Below are positions 28,219 through 36,428 of a DNA stretch of 64,000 nt, piece after piece. Made by a program: the position numbers and the translations under genes. The stretch comes from Patescibacteria group bacterium (lineage in GTDB: Bacteria > Patescibacteriota > Microgenomatia > UBA10105 > UBA927), in assembly GCA_035510735.1 (NCBI GenBank), contig DATKGN010000004.1, forward strand, positions 7,436 to 71,435, given 5' to 3'. Below the pieces are notes generated by a model, which saw only the letters and a program-made list of their open reading frames with translations, was not told the DNA's origin and searched no databases. The first letter of the stretch is position 1; each line of letters begins with the position of its first letter.

Positions 28219-30174
28219 TTACTCTGTGTCGTTTACCGTTTCTATTGTAAATATCGGACGGTTTGCATTGGGCGTAGTCGCTACAGGCGGGTTTAAGGGC
28301 GGTGACTGTGTCACAGATGTCACCGGTGGTGACGATGTGGCCACCGATGGGTGCGCCTCAACGATCGGCGATTCTGCCTCCTTTTGTTTTCTCATTGCTT
28401 CGAGATCCTGCGGTTTTGTAGTAATAAGTGCATGTTCCTGCGGCGAGGATATGACCCGCATGGCGGCGTGTGACGGCCCCGCGAAAAACAACCCCTCGCC
28501 GACATTTGACGCCAGGAGCAGGTGCTTCTCTCCTTCGGAAAGGAAAAATATTTCCGCAATCCGGTCGATGGCGGCGGAGGATTGTTTGAGGAGTATTTGT
28601 AAACTGCTGTTTTGTATGATGGTTTTCCCGAGATCGACGGACAAGAAATCTTCGACATCCTGTGTAATCGTCGTTAGTCCCAGGTAGTATTTTCTGGCCC
28701 GCTTTGCAATTGAATTTAAGAACGCGCCTGAGTCAGGATATTTCATCATGTACCACGCCTCATCAACAATGAGAATCCGCCGTTTTGTATTGCGCCGAAC
28801 CTTCGTCCATATAAAATCCAATATGAGATACATAGCGATGGGCCGGAGTTCGTCCTCAAGATCGCGGATGGAAAACACGGTTAACTGATTCCGTATTTCT
28901 ACGTTTGTCTGCTGGTCAAATATTCCGACGAGGCTTCCTTTAACGAATTTTTCAATTCGGTCGGCAAGCCCCCTTGCCGTGACGTCTTCCATGCCGACGA
29001 GCGTTTTATAGAGGTCTTCCATGAGCGGCGGTTCTTTGGCTTGGGTTTCAGGATCAGGCGTAATACCTTTTTGTTTATAGGCAAGGATAAGCGCGCGATC
29101 GAGGAGGGCGTCCTCTGACGGCGTGAGCTTCCCCATGACGACGCGGAAAAAACCGTGGAGCGAAAGTATTTTTTGATTGAGCTCGCTGTCTTCCTGGATT
29201 ACTCCTTTTTGGTGGAGAAGGGCAAGGTCAAAAGGGTTTATTTTTGTCGCGGCTCCGAAGTGAAAGCGGATGTATTCGCCGCCCAAGGCATGGGTCAGCG
29301 TCTCATACTCATTCTCGGGATCGATCACGATAACCTCGGTGTCAAACATCAGGCTCCGCAGTATTTCAAGCTTTACCATGTAGCTTTTTCCTGATCCTGA
29401 TTTCCCAAATACGACGGTATTTGCGTTTTCAAGCGTAAACCGGTCAAAGATGATCAAGCTGTCATTATGTTCATTGATGCCGTAGAGAATTCCTTCGTTG
29501 GCGGTAAGCTCCGACGTGGTAAACGGAAACGTTGTTGCAAGCGAGGTCGTATCCATATTGCGCGTGATAACAAGGCGGTCTTGACCCATCGGAAGCGTAG
29601 TTTTCAGGCCCTCCTCCATTTGGAGCGTTGCACGTTTCGTGACGATGAGGAGGGAGGCGAGCGTTGCCTCCACCTGTTTTGATGTTTTATTGAGATCCTC
29701 AAGAGATCGCGCGGGGATGGTCACGTAAAGACCGAATTGAAAAAACCTTTGGGCGCCTTTGGCAAGTTCCTGTTGAAGCGAGAGAGCGTCCTCAAGCGCC
29801 ACCTGGACGGACGGTTCAATCACCCGCCCGCGCTTCATATCCGATTGAATGGTGGCCTCCATCTCGCCGACTTTCCGCTTCAGGTTCTCCAGCACCTCTT
29901 CGCTCCGCGTCGGATACACAAACATAGAAATTTCAAGCGTATGGTTAAATGAAATGAGCGGTTCAAGCCAATTGGCGCTTACGAACCGTGGGTATCCGGC
30001 GACAAACAGCGTGCGGTAAAAGTAGGTACCGATCTTTAGGAAATCAAAATCGACTTCAATTGCGGGCGGAGCGATAATATCTTTTACCGAGAGCGGCGTA
30101 TTTGAGTCTCCCGGCTTCAGGTCGTCGCTCGGCATCGGATCAAGAATTTTTTTAAGAACGGGCGGGATGTCCAT
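28219..30174 (-). CDS. virB4: VirB4/TrbE/CagE-family T4SS ATPase (C-terminal ATPase portion)
   Basis: Walker A is VVFGKSGSGKSYMVKLEILRS. Walker B is RRILIVDEAWYMM. The surrounding VirB4 blocks EVIVIDPENEYETLTHALGGEYIRF and ITQDVEDF are present. Confidence 0.85.
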   Translation of the reverse strand: MDIPPVLKKILDPMPSDDLKPGDSNTPLSVKDIIAPPAIEVDFDFLKIGTYFYRTLFVAGYPRFVSANWLEPLISFNHTLEISMFVYPTRSEEVLENLKRKVGEMEATIQSDMKRGRVIEPSVQVALEDALSLQQELAKGAQRFFQFGLYVTIPARSLEDLNKTSKQVEATLASLLIVTKRATLQMEEGLKTTLPMGQDRLVITRNMDTTSLATTFPFTTSELTANEGILYGINEHNDSLIIFDRFTLENANTVVFGKSGSGKSYMVKLEILRSLMFDTEVIVIDPENEYETLTHALGGEYIRFHFGAATKINPFDLALLHQKGVIQEDSELNQKILSLHGFFRVVMGKLTPSEDALLDRALILAYKQKGITPDPETQAKEPPLMEDLYKTLVGMEDVTARGLADRIEKFVKGSLVGIFDQQTNVEIRNQLTVFSIRDLEDELRPIAMYLILDFIWTKVRRNTKRRILIVDEAWYMMKYPDSGAFLNSIAKRARKYYLGLTTITQDVEDFLSVDLGKTIIQNSSLQILLKQSSAAIDRIAEIFFLSEGEKHLLLASNVGEGLFFAGPSHAAMRVISSPQEHALITTKPQDLEAMRKQKEAESPIVEAHPSVATSSPPVTSVTQSPPLNPPVATTPNANRPIFTIETVNDTE

Positions 30175-30179
30175 ATGAA

Positions 30180-30839
30180 TTATTGTTCTGCCACCGCCTT
30201 TTGTATGGTCTCTGTGTCAGGGGGCGGAACCCCGGGATTATATGCTGTAAAAAACAACCGAACGAGCTGTTCATTGTCCAACTGATGTGCGCGTAGGCCG
30301 ACACGGCTTAACAGCCGTATTATTTGATCGCGCTTGGGATTAAGGACGATAAGCGCCTTTTCATATATATAGGATCTTGGGTACGGCAAGCCCCGTTTTT
30401 TGCTTCCGAATAACACGCTCGGCGAGCTTCCGAGCTCAAGACTCGAAAACGGGAGGACGATGAAAAAGTTTTTATCCAACACATCCTTTTCCTTCACGGT
30501 TGCCGCGACGAACAAACGGTAATCATGAATGCTTTTGGTGAGTTTTGGGTTTTTCTCCTTCCGTTCCTGATCTTCAAGAAGTCTGAGGTACGCTGTGACA
30601 TCTTTGTGTTGCGTCCTGATCATGAGTTGGATGGGGAATGACAAGGAATTTAAAAGTCCCGCGTACGCAGAGATCATGGCATCCTGCTCTTTTTCCGATA
30701 GCAGGCCGAAGTTTACCGCCGTTGTTGTCACGACCATCGCACACGATCCGTCGGCAAACATGATGATATCATGATCGACGGCTTCGATTTCGGTAAATAT
30801 CTGTGATGATGATTTAATAGGAACAATCGGTGGGTTCAT
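30180..30839 (-). CDS. VirB4 N-terminal-domain-like protein (CagE_TrbE_VirB-type), separated from the ATPase ORF
   Basis: IIMFADGSCAMVVTTTAVNFGLLSEKEQDAMISAYAGLLNSLSFPIQLMIRTQ matches the conserved VirB4/TrbE N-terminus (DGS..a...G.d......e....l...l.....). It ends 5 nt before the ATPase ORF and in a different frame. Confidence 0.55.
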   Translation of the reverse strand: MNPPIVPIKSSSQIFTEIEAVDHDIIMFADGSCAMVVTTTAVNFGLLSEKEQDAMISAYAGLLNSLSFPIQLMIRTQHKDVTAYLRLLEDQERKEKNPKLTKSIHDYRLFVAATVKEKDVLDKNFFIVLPFSSLELGSSPSVLFGSKKRGLPYPRSYIYEKALIVLNPKRDQIIRLLSRVGLRAHQLDNEQLVRLFFTAYNPGVPPPDTETIQKAVAEQ

Positions 30840-32254
30840 GGTGTCGGTTTTCCAAAAATTTCTTTTTCAAGCTTTTCCCGGTTTACCTGTTTTTGGCTTT
30901 TTGCGATAATCTCGAGAGCCGGCACGATAGAGCCATTGAGCGTGATCTGCACGCGGTCAAAGATATATCGGACTCTCGGGTCCTCGATCTCGACGAAGTA
31001 GACGCCGTTTGCCAGGGGCGTTGACGCAGCAAACTGGCCAAGCCGGTTTGTTTTTAGCGCCCGGAGAGGGACTCCCTCTTTATCTTTTACTGTGACAAGT
31101 ACTCCGGGAAGGAATATGTTGTCACCGTCTTTAATAATCCCCGTGACGATATTCGGAAACGATGTGAGTCTGGGGAGGCCGACCCTCACCGCGCTTTCTG
31201 GGGTTATAATTTTTACCGTCGGCTGTCTTGTTACATTTGGAGAAGCCACATGTGTTCCCGATTGGCTTTGCACAACTGGCGCCGGTTTGGGCACTATGGG
31301 TGGTGGTGTAGTCGCGAGCGGATTGGCTGCCGCCTGACGCCGAAGCGCGGTCAGCTCCCGCTCCATGGTTTCGCGTTCTCCAAGCAACTCTGTTAACTGT
31401 TTTTGGAGTTCTAATACGCGCGCCTCGGTCATGGATGAGCTTGCAAGATCTTTTTTAAGCAATACAACCTGCTGTTCCAGCGCTTCTTCTTTTTGTTTGG
31501 TTTGTTCGATAGCTTCTGGAGTTGGCTTTGGCGTTGCAGGGCGGACAATCGGAGGAGGAGAAAAATCAATGTGTTTACCGGTTATCGATGGAATCGGATA
31601 GTTGGTGGTTGTAACGTTTGCATTCATCATTGTTGGTTTGGGAGTCGAAAACGTAAACAGGCCGGCGAGCCACCCCCACGCGGATTGTTTTGGATGGACC
31701 GTTACAATAGTCGGTTTCTGTGGTTGTGTCACGGGTCCCGGAGACGGTTGCGGAATTGTTTGCGTGTGGGCACCGGGAAACACGCTTTGTAAAATATCTG
31801 CTATCGGACGCGCTCCCTGTGTCGCGGTAGATGCGGCGACGCTTGAGGGGCGCTGCTGTGGAGATGGTTGTGGTTTCGCTGGTTGTATATGTTGAGCCCG
31901 CAGCACAGGTGGTGCGGGGGGTGCTGCCTGTTTGGCTGCCAATTGAGCAACGGGGGGAGCAGGCGTAACCCCTCGCGCCCATACGAATTGTGTGGGACTG
32001 TAGACGCTTTTAATAAACGACAACACCCAGATATCCATCGGACGTTCCTCGACGGGGACAAATGCGAACCCGACGCCGCCGATAGCAAAAACGGTAGTCA
32101 GGGGCCAGGTAAAAAAGAAAGGAAGCGGCAGTTTAAATGATATATATGCCAATATAGCGCCCCCGGCGAGATATCCGAACTGTTTAATCGTCATGTCGCC
32201 GATAAGGCGGAATTGAAATGTTGTGACGTTTTGAGGGACAGGATGCTGTTCCAT
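30836..32254 (-). CDS. PrgI/VirB3-like T4SS membrane protein fused to a Pro/Ala-rich low-complexity linker, a coiled coil and a C-terminal beta-sandwich (carboxypeptidase-regulatory/PEGA-like) domain
   Basis: The N-terminus is FQFRLIGDMTIKQFGYLAGGAILAYISF, with two TM helices and VPVEERPMDIWV, a PrgI-like pattern. Residues about 100-230 are P/A/Q-rich. The C-terminus is GVYFVEIEDPRVRYIFDRVQI. Confidence 0.45.
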   Translation of the reverse strand: MEQHPVPQNVTTFQFRLIGDMTIKQFGYLAGGAILAYISFKLPLPFFFTWPLTTVFAIGGVGFAFVPVEERPMDIWVLSFIKSVYSPTQFVWARGVTPAPPVAQLAAKQAAPPAPPVLRAQHIQPAKPQPSPQQRPSSVAASTATQGARPIADILQSVFPGAHTQTIPQPSPGPVTQPQKPTIVTVHPKQSAWGWLAGLFTFSTPKPTMMNANVTTTNYPIPSITGKHIDFSPPPIVRPATPKPTPEAIEQTKQKEEALEQQVVLLKKDLASSSMTEARVLELQKQLTELLGERETMERELTALRRQAAANPLATTPPPIVPKPAPVVQSQSGTHVASPNVTRQPTVKIITPESAVRVGLPRLTSFPNIVTGIIKDGDNIFLPGVLVTVKDKEGVPLRALKTNRLGQFAASTPLANGVYFVEIEDPRVRYIFDRVQITLNGSIVPALEIIAKSQKQVNREKLEKEIFGKPTP

Positions 32255-32395
32255 CGTATAATTATTGTACGGGCGTTTTTATCGCTGCGCAATAGCACAA
32301 AGCGCATCAGGACCGTGAAAACTGATATTTTGACATTTCACGGTTTTCACGAAAAAACAACCGATATTTCACGCGCGCTGTGATAAGATACAGGT
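32255..32395 (+). promoter_or_regulatory. Divergent promoter/operator region between the T4SS operon and the virD4-like gene, with repeated TTTCACG motifs
   Basis: CCGTGAAA at about 32313-32320 is inverted relative to TTTCACGG at about 32336-32343 (8-bp arms, 15-bp spacer). Two further direct copies TTTTCACG (about 32345) and ATTTCACG (about 32367) follow. Confidence 0.4.
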
Positions 32396-34585
32396 ATGGA
32401 TTCTCCGTTCGTATTATTGGAAATAAGGAATTCCAGGGATTCTGAAGAAACCCCCGCAGCAATGGAACAAATATTTGCTGCATTGGGCTCGGCGGGCGGT
32501 CACGGGGGATTATTAACAAGAATTTTTGGCCCTCGTCATGCGTCAAAATATCTTAGCTTTGAGATCGTTTCCGTTAACTCGAGAATCCATTTTTTTGTCG
32601 GCCTCCCAACATACATGCAAGCGTATGTGGAAAGCCAGCTTACTGCACACTACCCGAAGCTGCTCCTCACCGCCGCTCCCGATTACGCGCCGCATTTTTT
32701 CTCTCTTCCTCATGCGGCGGCACAGCTTGTCCTCACGAACTCCTATTATTATCCGCTTAAAACGTATAAAGACGCCAAAGACCTTGACGCGATGGCAAGT
32801 CTTCTCGGGCAGCTGGCGAAATTACCGGTCGGTGAAGCGGTTGCTATACAATTTCGCGCGGAACCGGCAGGGACGGGTTGGCAACAGGCAGCTTCAGCGG
32901 TTATCGCGCGCGGGGTGCCGGATGTGACATCGATAAACGGCCGCATGAAAGCCCATCCGCACGCACGACTCATAGAGACGAAAATATCGGAAGTCGGATT
33001 CACGACAGCTATCCGGATTGTTGCGGTTGGTGCTCAGGAGGCCCGCGCAAAAGAGCTCCTTAATTCCGTTGCCGGAACGTTTGGCGTGTTTACGCTCGGA
33101 GAGGGGAATGCATTGGCTATCGCCGAACCCGCATTTTGGCAAAAGAAGAAGCTGGAGCAGGGATTTGTTGAGCGAAGCGGGCGCGTGGCCCCACGGCATC
33201 AGGTCCTCAATGCGAGCGAACTTGCCTCGCTTTGGCACCCACCAGGGCTCACGCTTTCGATGATTAAAAATATTTCCTGGGGTGCACAGCTTACCGGAGA
33301 GGCACCGGAAAATCTTCCGGTAGCCACAGATGATGAAGAAGCCAAAAAGCGGATTAATTTCTTTGCCCGGACGGAACATAAAAATCGCACCGTTACCTTC
33401 GGGGTGCAGAAAGACGATCGGCGAAAGCACGTGTATATTGTCGGGAAAACCGGAACCGGCAAATCAACCATGATCGCCAATATGGCCATTAACGATATGA
33501 AAAACGGCGAAGGAGTTGCTGTTGTCGATCCGCATGGAGACCTTTGTGATATCCTTCTTGATTATGTGCCGTCCAATAGAATTAATGATGTTGCATACCT
33601 TGATCCGTCGGACATCGAATATCCGTTTCATCTTAACCCTCTTGAAGTAAAAAATACCGCATATCGCGAGCTTGTGTCCTCCGGCATCGTCTCTATTTTT
33701 TACAAACTGTATCACCTGAGCTGGGGGCCAAGATTGGAATACATTCTTAGGAATACAATTCTGACTCTTCTTAACGTGCCCGACAGTACGCTCCTGCAGG
33801 TTCCCGAGCTTCTAACGAATGAAAATTACCGGCTGAAAGTGGTGGGTTCGATGCAGGACCGGGTGCTCAAGAATTTCTGGATCAATGAATTTGCCAAAAT
33901 GAGCCCGCAGATGCGAAGTGAAGCGGTGTCGCCGATCCTTAACAAGGTTGGTCAGTTTCTTTCCTCCCAGACCATCCGGAATATTGTCGGAAGCCCCACG
34001 TCGACGGTCGATTTAGAGGATATGATGAACGAGGGGAAAATCGTCATTGTGAATTTGTCCCAAGGGAAGCTTGGTGAGGATAGTAGCGCGCTTTTGGGCG
34101 CCATGATTATCACGAAAATGCAGCTCGCCGCGATGAACCGGGTATATGTTGCCGAAAGCGAGCGGCGCGACTTCTACCTCTACGTCGATGAGTTCCAGAA
34201 TTTTGCGACGACCTCGTTTATTAAGATTCTTTCCGAAGCCCGTAAATACCGGCTCGATCTCACACTTGCCAACCAATATATCGGTCAAATTGATGAGGAT
34301 GTGCAAAAGGCGATATTCGGGAACGCCGGATCCATCGTTTCGTTCAGTGTCGGGGCGACCGATGCGCGGATCCTCGCTAAGGAATTCGGACTTAAGTACA
34401 AAGAGGAAGAATTGGTGGGCCTTGGTAATTATGAAGTAATCTGTAAACTTTCGATTGATAATCAGACAAGTAGCCCGTTCTCCGCCCACACGCTGCCACT
34501 TCCCAAGAGTAAAAATCAGAGTAGGGAAAAAGTGATACGCTCGTCTCGAGAGAGATACACCAAAAAGATAAATTCAAAATCCTAA
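32396..34585 (+). CDS. VirD4/TraG/TrwB-like type IV coupling-protein-family ATPase (DUF87/HerA-FtsK superfamily). It has a soluble N-terminal domain and no TM helices.
   Basis: Walker A is HVYIVGKTGTGKSTMIANMAI. VVDPHGDL is present. Walker B is DFYLYVDEFQNFATTSF. The C-terminal region is LTLANQYIGQIDEDVQKAIFGNAGSIVSF. The first roughly 330 aa are unrecognised and lack TM segments. Confidence 0.65.
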   Translation: MDSPFVLLEIRNSRDSEETPAAMEQIFAALGSAGGHGGLLTRIFGPRHASKYLSFEIVSVNSRIHFFVGLPTYMQAYVESQLTAHYPKLLLTAAPDYAPHFFSLPHAAAQLVLTNSYYYPLKTYKDAKDLDAMASLLGQLAKLPVGEAVAIQFRAEPAGTGWQQAASAVIARGVPDVTSINGRMKAHPHARLIETKISEVGFTTAIRIVAVGAQEARAKELLNSVAGTFGVFTLGEGNALAIAEPAFWQKKKLEQGFVERSGRVAPRHQVLNASELASLWHPPGLTLSMIKNISWGAQLTGEAPENLPVATDDEEAKKRINFFARTEHKNRTVTFGVQKDDRRKHVYIVGKTGTGKSTMIANMAINDMKNGEGVAVVDPHGDLCDILLDYVPSNRINDVAYLDPSDIEYPFHLNPLEVKNTAYRELVSSGIVSIFYKLYHLSWGPRLEYILRNTILTLLNVPDSTLLQVPELLTNENYRLKVVGSMQDRVLKNFWINEFAKMSPQMRSEAVSPILNKVGQFLSSQTIRNIVGSPTSTVDLEDMMNEGKIVIVNLSQGKLGEDSSALLGAMIITKMQLAAMNRVYVAESERRDFYLYVDEFQNFATTSFIKILSEARKYRLDLTLANQYIGQIDEDVQKAIFGNAGSIVSFSVGATDARILAKEFGLKYKEEELVGLGNYEVICKLSIDNQTSSPFSAHTLPLPKSKNQSREKVIRSSRERYTKKINSKS

Positions 34586-34609
34586 ACACCAAATCCAAAA
34601 TAAACTCAA

Positions 34610-34987
34610 ATGGACAAAATTCAAAGCACAAAACAGTATGATCTCGAAGATCGGACGTATGAATTTGCCAAACGCTGTCGTGATTTTGTGGTAAAACTTG
34701 CCAAGACGCAACCAAACGTGGAATACGGCGGGCAACTTATTCGATCATCCGGATCTCAAGCAGCCAATTATATAGAAGCAAACGATGCTATAAGTGCAAA
34801 AGACTTTCTCCATAGGATTAAAATTTGCAGAAAAGAAAGCAAAGAGAGTAGATTATGGTTGCGATTATGCGAAGTTGGAGCAAAAAGCGAATCTCAGATA
34901 GCTCAAAAAGAGCTCATACAGGAAGCGTTTGAACTTACGCGTATTTTTGGTTCAATTGTTGAAAAACGCAAGCAGAATCACGTTTGA
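34610..34987 (+). CDS. Four-helix-bundle protein (the family historically called the 23S rRNA intervening-sequence protein; TIGR02436-like)
   Basis: MDKIQSTKQYDLEDRTYEFAKRCRDFVVKLAKTQPNVEYGGQLIRSSGSQAANYIEANDAISAKDFLHRIKICRKESKESRLWLRL is the characteristic family pattern. The gene is flanked by imperfect inverted repeats (see findings). Confidence 0.8.
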   Translation: MDKIQSTKQYDLEDRTYEFAKRCRDFVVKLAKTQPNVEYGGQLIRSSGSQAANYIEANDAISAKDFLHRIKICRKESKESRLWLRLCEVGAKSESQIAQKELIQEAFELTRIFGSIVEKRKQNHV

Positions 34988-35054
34988 ATATTTTGAATTT
35001 TGCATTTAGAGTTTTGAATTTATTTTGAATTTTGGATTTGGGATTTGGAATTTT

Positions 35055-35615
35055 ATGAAAATAGCCCTTTTAGGCGGAAGTTTTAATCCACCGCACATAG
35101 GCCATCTGTTTATAGCACGGCAGGTACTGGATTTTACCGACACGGACGAAGTGTGGTTTTTGCCCAACTACGGCCAGAGCCCGCCGAAGCCGGTGGCAAC
35201 AGCAGAGGAGCGGCTGGCGATGACAAAGGTATTGAATTTGCCCAAGACCCGCATTTCCATGATAGAAATTGACAATAAACTCGACGGTGAAACCGTGCAT
35301 ATCCTCCCGTTTTTACCGAAGGAGCACACGTTTTCATTCATTATCGGTTCCGATCAGTTGCCGACGCTTCACCTATGGCTTGATTGGGAAAAACTCATTA
35401 CAACAATACCATTCTTAGTGTTTCCCCGATACGGCTACCCGAATGAGCCGCTCTACGGCGGGATGAAGGTCATAAACCACGAGCTATTAATCGGCAGCAA
35501 TATTTCCTCGACAAAGATTAGGGACCGGGTGGGCGAAGGCTTGCCTATCGACCAGTTTGTGCCGAAGGCAGTCGCCGAATATATCGACAGCCATAGTCTT
35601 TATAAGACCACTTAA
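35055..35615 (+). CDS. nadD: Nicotinate-nucleotide adenylyltransferase NadD
   Basis: MKIALLGGSFNPPHIGHLFIARQVLDFTDTDEVWFLPN (HxGH motif) and a C-terminal ISSTKIRDRV motif. The ORF starts at 35025. The start was placed at ATG 35055. Confidence 0.9.
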   Translation: MKIALLGGSFNPPHIGHLFIARQVLDFTDTDEVWFLPNYGQSPPKPVATAEERLAMTKVLNLPKTRISMIEIDNKLDGETVHILPFLPKEHTFSFIIGSDQLPTLHLWLDWEKLITTIPFLVFPRYGYPNEPLYGGMKVINHELLIGSNISSTKIRDRVGEGLPIDQFVPKAVAEYIDSHSLYKTT

Positions 35616-35617
35616 CA

Positions 35618-35650
35618 GGTCTTGACAAAAGACCTATTAGGCGCTATCAT
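35618..35650 (+). promoter_or_regulatory. Sigma-70-like promoter with a palindromic operator upstream of phd/relE
   Basis: TTGACA (35622-35627), a 17-nt spacer, and TATCAT (35645-35650) directly abut the ATG. The -35 lies inside the palindrome AGGTCTTGACAAAAGACCT (35618-35636). Confidence 0.5.
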
Positions 35651-35896
35651 ATGCTCATGACTACGATATCCATTTCACAGCTTAAAATAAATCCATCATC
35701 TGTTATCGCTCAGGCGGTAGATTATCCTGTGGTGGTAGAAAACCGCAATAAAGTGCAGGCGTATCTTGTGGGAAAAACATTGTTTGAAAAAATTATTGCA
35801 CTTCTTGAAGAGAAAGAGGATGTGGCCGCTGTGAAAAACACTGATTTTTCTAAAGGCAGGAATTTCGATGATGTAGCCCAAGAGCTGGGGTTATGA
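35651..35896 (+). CDS. Type II antitoxin, Phd/YefM family
   Basis: 81 aa. The N-terminus is MTTISISQLKINPSSVIAQAVDYPVVVENRNKVQAYLV (Phd/YefM fold pattern), with an acidic C-terminal tail. The stop overlaps the toxin start (ATGA). The translated start is more likely ATG 35657. Confidence 0.65.
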   Translation: MLMTTISISQLKINPSSVIAQAVDYPVVVENRNKVQAYLVGKTLFEKIIALLEEKEDVAAVKNTDFSKGRNFDDVAQELGL

Positions 35897-36156
35897 ATAT
35901 TCTGATATCGCCTCGAGCGGAGAAAGAGCTCAAAAAGCTTCATAAATTTGATCAAATTGCCGTTGTTCAAAAAATACGCTCTCTTCGACTCTCAACGCCG
36001 CATGGAGAAGAACGGCTAACCGGATATCCACATATATTTCGTGTTCGCGTAGGAAATTATCGGATTGTATACCGTAAAACACGAGACGACATATATATCA
36101 TTCTCATCCGTCACCGGAAAGACGTCTATAAAAAGCTTACGGACCTGTTGGGATAG
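35893..36156 (+). CDS. Type II toxin, RelE/ParE family
   Basis: 87 aa. HIFRVRVGNYRIVYRKTRDDIYIILIRHRKDVY is the typical RelE/ParE C-terminal pattern. Confidence 0.75.
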   Translation: MNILISPRAEKELKKLHKFDQIAVVQKIRSLRLSTPHGEERLTGYPHIFRVRVGNYRIVYRKTRDDIYIILIRHRKDVYKKLTDLLG

Positions 36157-36228
36157 TTTTGACAAAACATAGCCGATTAGGTTCAGGCGTTGACGGTTGG
36201 GCTAACGCACTTTAGACTGGAATAGTGG

Positions 36229-36360
36229 TGGACAAATTATCGATTAACAATAATATTTCCTCGACAAAGATCAGGGAACGGGTGGGCCGCGGCCTCCCGA
36301 TTGACCAGTTTGTGCCGCCTGCGGTTGCGAAGTATATTCAAGAACACAAGCTTTATACAT
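36229..36360 (+). pseudogene. Orphan 3' fragment of a second nadD allele (about 44 codons, ending TAA)
   Basis: It translates as VDKLSINNNISSTKIRERVGRGLPIDQFVPPAVAKYIQEHKLYT*. This is about 75-80% nucleotide identity to nadD 35497-35615 (IGSNISSTKIRDRVGEGLPIDQFVPKAVAEYIDSHSLYKTT*). There is no 5' portion. Confidence 0.75.
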
Positions 36361-36428
36361 AAGATCGCCTGCTTGCGTGTCCGACAACCGGCGGGATACA
36401 ATAAAATAAATAGTTAAATATATTTTAT

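Noticed and set aside
31092-32140. Pro/Ala/Gln-rich repetitive stretch, considered as a possible tandem DNA repeat or CRISPR-like array
   Set aside because: It is a low-complexity coding linker within the PrgI-like fusion gene. There are no regularly spaced identical repeats. No CRISPR array was found anywhere in the window.
32749-34715. Several antisense or alternative-frame ORFs of 80-180 aa inside the virD4-like gene (for example 32894..33430, 33199..33489, 34013..34489)
   Set aside because: They are embedded in a strongly supported, motif-bearing 729-aa CDS on the other strand. These are GC-rich chance frames.
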